Source of the DNA: an uncultured Thermococci archaeon
GTDB taxonomy: Archaea > CAYQAE01 > CAYVLA01
Length of the DNA: 13,882 nucleotides
Assembly (NCBI GenBank): GCA_964549615.1
Contig: CAZJVP010000008.1
Span: forward strand, 1 to 13,882
Direction: 5' to 3'
The notes below the pieces were generated by a model that had not been told where the DNA came from, did not search any database, and worked only from the letters and a program-made list of their open reading frames with translations. The position numbers and the translations under genes were made by a program. This document shows, in pieces, positions 8,176-13,882 of this stretch; position 1 is the stretch's first letter; every line of letters begins with the position of its first letter.

Positions 8176-8928
8176 ATGAGACGCATGGCCAGAGTCTATG
8201 AGGCTGATGGGTGGAAAGGCTACATCGCCAACTGGCGGGATGCTCGCCGAATGGTCGAGCCAATCGAGCGTGAGATCGAAGTCGTGGGCGGCGCCCTTTC
8301 GGCGCTCGTTGACGCCGGCGTCCTCGCCCATTGCAGGTACGACGAGACCAAGATGCTCGCTCATCGCAAGGCCGTGTGGGAGAGCTTCGAGATCCCGTGG
8401 ACGGCCATCAGCCCACGAATGCAGCGCCTTCTCTACGCCATCAACGCCATCACCCAACCGCAGACTATGGTCGCCGTCGGCATCTTCTGCGGTTACACCT
8501 TCATTTCGAATGCGGGCGCAGCGATAGGCCCGGGGGCATGTTACCGGGCGCGTCGGCTCGTCGGCCTAGAGATCCGCCAAGAGGAAGCGGAGCGTGCACG
8601 CCGCAACATCGCGAGAATCGACCTCCGCGGTCTCGCTGAGGTCATTGCAGAGGACGGGGTGGCATGGCTGCGCCGCCATGACGGGTCGGTCGACCTCCTC
8701 TACCTCGATGCGGACGGGCGTGGTGGGAGAGGCAAATCGGTGTACTTGGATCTTGTCCAAGCGGCGTGGCACTCAATCCACACCGGGACGATCGTGCTCG
8801 CACACAATTCCCTCAATCATGCAGCCCAGCTGGCAGACTACCTAGAGTTCGTGCGCGATCCGAGGAAATTCCGGGAGAGCGTGAACGTGATCATCGATGA
8901 CCAGGGCCTAGAAGTCTCCCTGCGCTGA
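8176..8928 (+). CDS. Class I SAM-dependent methyltransferase (O-methyltransferase-like)
   Basis: Rossmann motifs VAVGIFCGYT, LVGLEI, EDGVAWL, VDLLYLDAD, GTIVLAHN. Start uncertain (TTG 8071, ATG 8176, 8185 or 8251). Confidence 0.78.
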   Translation: MRRMARVYEADGWKGYIANWRDARRMVEPIEREIEVVGGALSALVDAGVLAHCRYDETKMLAHRKAVWESFEIPWTAISPRMQRLLYAINAITQPQTMVAVGIFCGYTFISNAGAAIGPGACYRARRLVGLEIRQEEAERARRNIARIDLRGLAEVIAEDGVAWLRRHDGSVDLLYLDADGRGGRGKSVYLDLVQAAWHSIHTGTIVLAHNSLNHAAQLADYLEFVRDPRKFRESVNVIIDDQGLEVSLR

Positions 8929-9333
8929 ATGCGGATGAGCCGACAAGGGTTGGTCAGATGCAGGACACTCGCATGGGCAGACCAGTTCGAGCGGCTGGTC
9001 GTAACCGTGCTACCACGCTTTCAAGGGGGTTATGTGGACCTTGATCATGGGACCCTGGTTCTTTCGCGACACCGGATCGACAGGACACCGGTAGCCAAGA
9101 GAGTGACGCTGTCCGCCCACCCTCAAACCTGGTCGTGGGGCCCCGCGTGTCCGTGAAGCTCACACAATCCTGACGGTGAGATTAGATCGATCACGCATTT
9201 TCAACCCTCTCCCGCTGTTGGAGGAAAGTCTCTTGTGCGCTTTCAGCGGATGGCTGCGCATTGGTCCATACGGCACCCGACTATGCGTCTAGCGGCTGAA
9301 GCCTTGCCGCCGCGGGAGGCTGGTGGAGGAAGA

Positions 9334-9357
9334 TTTATGTATTACGGACAGTATAAC
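9334..9357 (+). promoter_or_regulatory. vapBC promoter (TATA box) with overlapping operator-like repeats
   Basis: GGAAGA followed by TTTATGTA about 20-27 nt upstream of ATG 9361. Near-palindromic GTATTAC (9339-9345) and GTATAAC (9351-9357) overlap the TATA and start region. Confidence 0.55.
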
Positions 9358-9360
9358 TCC

Positions 9361-9588
9361 ATGGTGGGCACCATGGTCGCCCTTCATGCCGTTGTCAAGA
9401 GGATCGGCAATTCCCTCGGGGTCCTGATCCCAAAGGAAGTGGTCGAAAGGACAGGCATAAGGGAGGGGGATTCCGTGGAGATACAGCTAACCAGGAAGGC
9501 CAACCTGCCCGAGATGTTCGGCGCGGTGAAGTTCAGCAAGTCGTCCCAGGAGATCAAGGACGAGATGAGAGGGGAGTGGGGGGACTGA
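9361..9588 (+). CDS. vapB: AbrB/MazE/SpoVT-family DNA-binding antitoxin (VapB-type)
   Basis: VKRIGNSLGVLIPKEVVERTGIREGDSVEI is a swapped-hairpin AbrB motif. C-terminal SSQEIKDEMRGEW. Lies directly upstream of, and overlaps, a PIN gene. Start ATG 9361 or 9373. Confidence 0.88.
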   Translation: MVGTMVALHAVVKRIGNSLGVLIPKEVVERTGIREGDSVEIQLTRKANLPEMFGAVKFSKSSQEIKDEMRGEWGD

Positions 9589-9956
9589 AGGGCTACTTCT
9601 TCGACACCTACGCCCTGGTGGAATACCTTAAGGGAAACGCCCTATACAAGGAAAGGGTGGAAGGCGGAGGAATCACCACCGTCCTAAACCTCATGGAGCT
9701 CTACTACAGAGTGCTTGCTGAGCACGGGGAGGACGTCGCTGACAAGGTCTACCTGACCTTTCGGGTCTTCGCGGTTGGCTTCGACGACGATGATGTCCGG
9801 AACGCGTTGAAGCTGAGGTTGAAGCTAAGGGCCGAAGGCGTGGCAACATCGTACGCGGACGCCCTGGGATACTACATGTCGCTCAAGCACAACGTCAAGT
9901 TCCTTACAGGGGACAAAGCCTTCAGGGGTCTGGAGAACGTAGAATTCCTTCGATGA
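9576..9956 (+). CDS. vapC: PIN-domain ribonuclease toxin (VapC-type)
   Basis: 126 aa. PIN acidic residues in FFDTYAL, NLMELYY, SYADAL, LTGDKAF. Overlaps the antitoxin gene by 13 nt. Confidence 0.9.
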   Translation: MGGLKGYFFDTYALVEYLKGNALYKERVEGGGITTVLNLMELYYRVLAEHGEDVADKVYLTFRVFAVGFDDDDVRNALKLRLKLRAEGVATSYADALGYYMSLKHNVKFLTGDKAFRGLENVEFLR

Positions 9957-10220
9957 GCTGATCCCCGGTACGTCTTGCAGCAGAAGGGAGCGGTTGATTC
10001 AGAGGGGCGGGCGAAGGCTACTGGTGACTATGGCATTATTGGCCAGGCAGACGCTTGGCCATCTGCGGCGTCATGCGGCCAGTCATCTACACGATCGTGA
10101 TGCTAGTCGTCAGTTTGCCGCGCCCTGGGCATAGTCACGTCACACAACTGACGAGTTGTTGAGCCAAGGGGCCGCAACGGCGCATGCAGGTCCACCAACC
10201 ACCGAATCTTGACCCGGACT

Positions 10221-11453
10221 TCACAGAGTTCTTGTTGTGGCGGCCTCCCGGTACAGGCCCCTCCTCACCATCAGTGTCCAGACAACCATCCCGGCAATCA
10301 TCAGGGTCGCTGTCACCACCATCCACTCCACCGCCCAGACCCAGATCATTGCCGTTGCCTTGGCCTTGACGGCCGCGCGCTCTATGTCCTCAAGCTCGAG
10401 GTTTGCGTCCTTGATCGTGTTCAAGCAAGCTTCATAGTCCTGGAGCACGTACTGGTCATCGGCCTCCCGACGGATATCCCCTGCCTCCCTCATCCGGTTC
10501 TCCAATGGCAGGACCCTGCCGCCCATGTCATCGATGAAAGCAAGCAGCGAAATCAGGATGTCGGTTCGCACACGGTTCTCCAACATCTCGGATCTGATGA
10601 CATGGACGAGCTCAAGGTTCTCCGGTATGCTCCTGCCCATGGTGTAGTATATGGAGTAGACGCAGAAGTCGATGTAGTGATCCCAGAGTTGGAATGACTT
10701 GCCCCAGTCGGGCGTCCAGTCCGTGCAGAAGGCGAAGCTGCGGCCCAGGCCAACGTCCCAGACGACCATGAAGGGGTCGCCAGTGTTGCTTGTCTTGGCG
10801 AGGAGTTGGGCGCCGTCCTTTACCGTCACCTTGTTGTAGCCGTAGAACGCTGGACAATTTCCCCAGGGGAACGCCGACATCAGAGGATCATCGGGCGAGG
10901 TGACCACCGGCCTCCAGGGGCCGGGTCCCGTTGCCTCCCGGATCAAGTCCACGGGAAGGATCTCGCCCACGCTGGTCTGGCCCCAAGCCGATGGGGATCC
11001 GGCCTGGCCACCGAAGGATGACACACCCCCGAACATCATCAGCGAATTGCCCTTGTCCCTGACCGCCTTCGAGAACCAGTCGATGTACCAGCCAGGCAGG
11101 TTCTCGGCTTTCACGTCGCTGAGCAGGATCAGCACCTTTTTCCGAACCAGTTGCTCATAGTTTTTGGGCATGTACAGCCTTAAGGCACGGGCAACCTCCT
11201 TTGCTGTCCACCAGACGCTGCCCACCACCGCCGGCACCGCCACAACGTCCAGAGCCGGATCATCGGCCACGATGTTGATCGGGCTAGTGGCGGGCTTGCA
11301 GTCCCCCAGGTAGTATACCTTGGGGATCTCGGCTGCCGCGCGCACGAACGAGGGGCCCAGTAGACACATGATCAATGAGGCGCTGACGACATGCCTCCGA
11401 ATCGAGCCCGGATCGCGGCGGGGAGTAGTCCTTGGAGGATCTGCTATGACCAC
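10221..11453 (-). CDS. Exported, C-terminally membrane-anchored GATase1-like (DUF1355-type) domain protein, paralog B
   Basis: 410 aa. Signal-peptide-like segment (RRHVVSASLIMCLLGPSFVRA), then RLYMPKNYEQL, LILLSDV, GNSLMMFGGVSSFGG, AWGQTSVGEILPVDL, GRSFAFCTDW. Helical stalk and tail IWVWAVEWMVVTATLMIAGMVVWTLMVRRGLYREAATTRTL. AAACTATATC box at 11492-11501 upstream. Confidence 0.83.
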   Translation of the reverse strand: MVIADPPRTTPRRDPGSIRRHVVSASLIMCLLGPSFVRAAAEIPKVYYLGDCKPATSPINIVADDPALDVVAVPAVVGSVWWTAKEVARALRLYMPKNYEQLVRKKVLILLSDVKAENLPGWYIDWFSKAVRDKGNSLMMFGGVSSFGGQAGSPSAWGQTSVGEILPVDLIREATGPGPWRPVVTSPDDPLMSAFPWGNCPAFYGYNKVTVKDGAQLLAKTSNTGDPFMVVWDVGLGRSFAFCTDWTPDWGKSFQLWDHYIDFCVYSIYYTMGRSIPENLELVHVIRSEMLENRVRTDILISLLAFIDDMGGRVLPLENRMREAGDIRREADDQYVLQDYEACLNTIKDANLELEDIERAAVKAKATAMIWVWAVEWMVVTATLMIAGMVVWTLMVRRGLYREAATTRTL

Positions 11454-11540
11454 GTCAATAGTTTCCTCACGTGAGCATTATTCTACCCGTTGATATAGTT
11501 TGCAGAGTCAAGGCCGCCCGTGGCCTGGCAGAACCTAGGG

Positions 11541-11851
11541 CACAAAGCAACGGGGAATGAAGCCAGCGAAGCTTAAGGCTCGAACTCCGAGGAGGCGATC
11601 CGGACCTGACGTCGCCCAGTGATAGTTGAGATTGCGAAGACCAAGTGGAATGCATCCAGATATGCCGAGATCGGATGACGGAATGCCCACTCAGCGGTAA
11701 TGTCCAGACTTCTCGCCGTTGTCCTTTCGTTCGGTTGCACTGTCTCCCCGATCCCGATGTGATGGCCTCGAAGGTTCGAGTCCTGTACACTGGGGATCCC
11801 TACCCCGGCGTGACTATCCACACACACATGAAAATCGAGCCGCTGCTCGAG
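11541..11851 (+). repeat. Diverged direct repeat, copy 1 (homologous to 13440-13789)
   Basis: Shared blocks CACAAAGCAA, GCCnnCGAAGCTT..CGAACTCnGAG..GGCnATCCGGnCCT, TGATAGTTnAGA and ATGCCGnGATCGGA..GGAATGCCCAC. A 93-nt coding block 11759-11851 has 79/93 identities to 13697-13789 (hand count). Confidence 0.85.
11662..11851 (+). pseudogene. Frameshifted, 3'-truncated remnant of the GATase1-like family (paralog of 13604..)
   Basis: The ATG 11662 frame stops at TAA 11698-11700. Signal-peptide-like SRLLAVVLSFGC lies in another frame. MASKVRVLYTGDPYPGVTIHTHMKIEPLLE (11762-11851) matches paralog C, then homology ends. Confidence 0.75.
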
Positions 11852-11852
11852 C

Positions 11853-12437
11853 CCCTTCACAACGATCCACCGGGGCGAGGCACCGCCGGAGGCATACCAG
11901 GCTCTCAGGGACGACGACATCAAGGAGCTCGCTGGTCACTTCGAACTTGACGCAGATGCCGGGAAGCCGACCATATCCTACTGCCTAGACAAAGAGACGA
12001 CGCTCCACCTGAACGGGCGGGACCACTGGCATGATCCAGATGAGCACCTCTTCTTTGTGAAACATGCCCCGGCAGCCAACGCAGCGACCCTGAACGCCAT
12101 CACCTCGACTCGCTCTCATCCTCCCGACAGAAGCGAGGTGACGGAAGATATGGCTCACGAACAGCGCTTCCGTCCCGAGCTTGAGTACTTCCAGCCCGAC
12201 GTACAGCTGAAGGTGGTCGCCTCGCTCGAATGGCTTGAGGCGCACGGGTGCCGATCGGTCTTCTACGATAACGGGCTGCTAGGGTCACCGCCCCCTCCCC
12301 ACCAACATGTAGGCGTTGCGAACACAGACTCCATCCCCCCTTCCTGCCCGCCAATGCACGCCGAACCACTGCTGGGATGGGGATCGGATCTCAACCGCAT
12401 TGCATCCGAGCTCGCCCCGAGCAAGAGCAAGCGGTGA
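11853..12437 (+). pseudogene. Start-less open frame, possible 3' remnant of an unknown gene
   Basis: Frame is open from 11832 to TGA 12437 (PFTTIHRGEAPPEAYQALRDDDIKELAGHFELD...LEWLEAHGCRSVFYDNG...), with no ATG/GTG/TTG until GTG 12057. No family recognised. Confidence 0.35.
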
Positions 12438-12465
12438 AAAAGCTTTCAAGAGGAGTTCCCACTGG

Positions 12466-13278
12466 ATGTTGGCGAATCGGTTGCGAGAAGGCCTCGCCCC
12501 GAGCTGGCGGTTCAAGCGAGCCAGGATCCAAGGCTACATAGCCGGCGGAGGGGAGCATGGTGTCGAGATCACGGACGCCGGGGACGGGCTGCCGGGGACG
12601 CGCCCCATGTGCCTGAACCTAGAACACTACTATTCAAGGTCATGCCACAACGGGCGCTTCGTCCCGCGCAGCAGGGCGAAGGTGACCTCCACGTGCGTTG
12701 GGGACGCCGTTGTAGTGACCATAGATCCCCATGACGCCTGGGAGGTGCGGACGGAGATCACCTTCATGGTTCTGGACATGCCAGCCGTTGAGGCCCACTA
12801 CAGATTCCGCTTCCTAGCACCCTTTGCTGGGTTTGAGGCCCTCGTCAGCAACTACTTCCTCGATCCCACCGAGCCCTACATACACCTCGGGGGCGCTTGG
12901 AAGCGACCACGCCTAGGCGATGGCGAGCATCGCTTCTGGGCGAAGGGGCCTGACCAGGCGGACAACATCAGGGCGGTCTACCCGAAGGAGTTGACGCCGG
13001 CAGACAGCATTGAGCTGGCCATCGACCCGGACTATTACGACTACCCGATCATGATCACCCCGGTTAGGAATACCAGATCGAGCATCGTGACCGTGGTCGA
13101 GCCCCAGCACTGCTCCAGCCTCTCCGCGAACCGTCGCTGGAACGCCCACGACTTCTCCCTCATTGCCCAAGATGTCAAGCAGGGACAGGAGGTGTCGTGC
13201 CGGGCATGGTTGGCGTGCTGCGAGCTGGCCAGCCTCGACGATGCCATTCAGCTCTACGATGAGTTGCAGAAAGGGTAA
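12466..13278 (+). CDS. Hypothetical protein, probably beta-sheet rich
   Basis: 270 aa from ATG 12466, preceded by a GAAAAAGCTTTCAAG BRE/TATA-like box. Protein-like composition with many alternating beta-strand segments. No family confidently recognised; ORF track start 12316 overlaps the upstream frame. Confidence 0.7.
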   Translation: MLANRLREGLAPSWRFKRARIQGYIAGGGEHGVEITDAGDGLPGTRPMCLNLEHYYSRSCHNGRFVPRSRAKVTSTCVGDAVVVTIDPHDAWEVRTEITFMVLDMPAVEAHYRFRFLAPFAGFEALVSNYFLDPTEPYIHLGGAWKRPRLGDGEHRFWAKGPDQADNIRAVYPKELTPADSIELAIDPDYYDYPIMITPVRNTRSSIVTVVEPQHCSSLSANRRWNAHDFSLIAQDVKQGQEVSCRAWLACCELASLDDAIQLYDELQKG

Positions 13279-13439
13279 GCGGTTTCCGGGCACCAGGTGC
13301 CTCGCCAACGACCCCACTTCATGACGGCGAAGTGCCAGAGGCAGCGGAGCCCAAGCGGCGAGGGCAGGCCGAGCCCTCAGGGCCTATGAAGGCCAAGGCA
13401 TGCACGATGCCGAGCTCGAGCAATCCCTTGACAGGTCCT

Positions 13440-13789
13440 CACAAAGCAATCGAAGGCATCTAGCGCAGTACGAGATTTGAAGCGGAAAAAGCTGTGCGGA
13501 AAGAGTGCCGACGAAGCTTGACACACGAACTCTGAGTTGGCTATCCGGCCCTCGGATGGAATGATAGTTAAGAATGTGAAAATTAGAAAAGCGGGTCCGA
13601 AGTATGCCGGGATCGGACGGCGGAATGCCCACGGCGGCGAGCACATACAACCTGCTCACCATTTCCCTTCTTCTCGGCTGGATTCTCAACCCGGCTGTGA
13701 TGGCCTCAAAGATCCGAGTCCTGTACACCGGAGATCCCTATCCTGGCGTTACTCCCTACATACACATGAAGGTCGAGCCGCTGCTCGAG
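13440..13789 (+). repeat. Diverged direct repeat, copy 2 (homologous to 11541-11851)
   Basis: See copy 1. This copy keeps an AT-rich TGATAGTTAAGAAT box (13562-13575) and an intact reading frame. Confidence 0.85.
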
Positions 13790-13882
13790 GTCACCCCGGT
13801 TCAAGCATCCACGCTACACTATGCGGGAATCTCCTCGGATGACATCAGAAGGGCCATCCGGGTCTACATGCCTCGGACCTAC
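13604..13882 (+). CDS. GATase1-like family protein, paralog C (5' part; runs off the right edge)
   Basis: Hand translation: MPGSDGGMPTAASTYNLLTISLLLGWILNPAVMASKIRVLYTGDPYPGVTPYIHMKVEPLLEVTPVQASTLHYAGISSDDIRRAIRVYMPRTY. It has a signal peptide plus the VLYxG, EPLL.V..VQA and RxYMPRTY motifs shared with paralogs A and B. Start ATG 13604 or 13625. Absent from the ORF track. Confidence 0.82.
   Translation, partial: MPGSDGGMPTAASTYNLLTISLLLGWILNPAVMASKIRVLYTGDPYPGVTPYIHMKVEPLLEVTPVQASTLHYAGISSDDIRRAIRVYMPRTY

Noticed and set aside
8929-9156. 75-aa ORF immediately after the methyltransferase
   Set aside because: No recognisable motif, no ribosome-binding site, and an equally weak ORF on the opposite strand; cannot be supported.
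9221-9230. GAGGAAAGTC resembling the RNase P RNA 5' conserved region
   Set aside because: Not followed by the expected CC..C pattern, and I found no downstream AGAA...GGCTTA P4 partner; vapBC occupies that space.
9983-9991. GAAGGGAGC resembling SRP RNA helix 8
   Set aside because: The complementary upstream CAGG-CCC-G arm is absent and the intergenic space is short for an archaeal SRP RNA.
11770-11786. GGTTCGAGTCC, a perfect tRNA T-loop/B-box motif
   Set aside because: The T-stem is incomplete and I could find no acceptor, D or anticodon arms. The motif is explained by the codons for KVRVL, and the paralogous copy reads GATCCGAGTCC.
13428-13523. Two TTGACA hexamers (13428, 13518) as bacterial -35 boxes
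   Set aside because: No TATAAT-like -10 element at 16-18 nt spacing for either.
11759-13789. Repeat pair as template/variable regions of a diversity-generating retroelement
   Set aside because: Mismatches are mostly transitions, many at third codon positions, and are not adenine-specific in either copy. The repeat is at the gene 5' end, and there is no reverse transcriptase in the window.

Overview
GC-rich, gene-dense window that is most likely archaeal. That call is an inference from a GPN-loop GTPase, an archaeal-style AbrB/PIN toxin-antitoxin pair and TATA-like boxes about 25-45 nt upstream of several starts. Left to right it holds: a partial neutral-ceramidase-like gene, a DegT/DnrJ/EryC1/StrS aminotransferase, a uroporphyrinogen-decarboxylase-family (URO-D/MtaA-like) protein, a GPN-loop GTPase, a BNR/Asp-box sialidase-like propeller, a GH29 alpha-L-fucosidase, a class I SAM methyltransferase, vapBC and a hypothetical beta-rich protein. 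The most striking feature is an uncharacterised gene family present four times in 14 kb: two complete genes, one running off the right edge (missed by the ORF track) and one frameshifted remnant. The complete members encode a signal peptide, a Cys-less GATase1-like (DUF1355-type) domain, a helical stalk, and a conserved 'WV..[IV]EW..VT.T...LW..MV.R.LYRE..TTR' membrane tail. The remnant is a diverged duplicate of the right-edge copy, promoter region included, and is joined to an unrelated start-less ORF. Non-coding signals include tandem AACGTT-centred LacI-like palindromes before the fucosidase and two intergenic regions unusually rich in inverted repeats. No rRNA, tRNA, CRISPR array or transposase could be supported.
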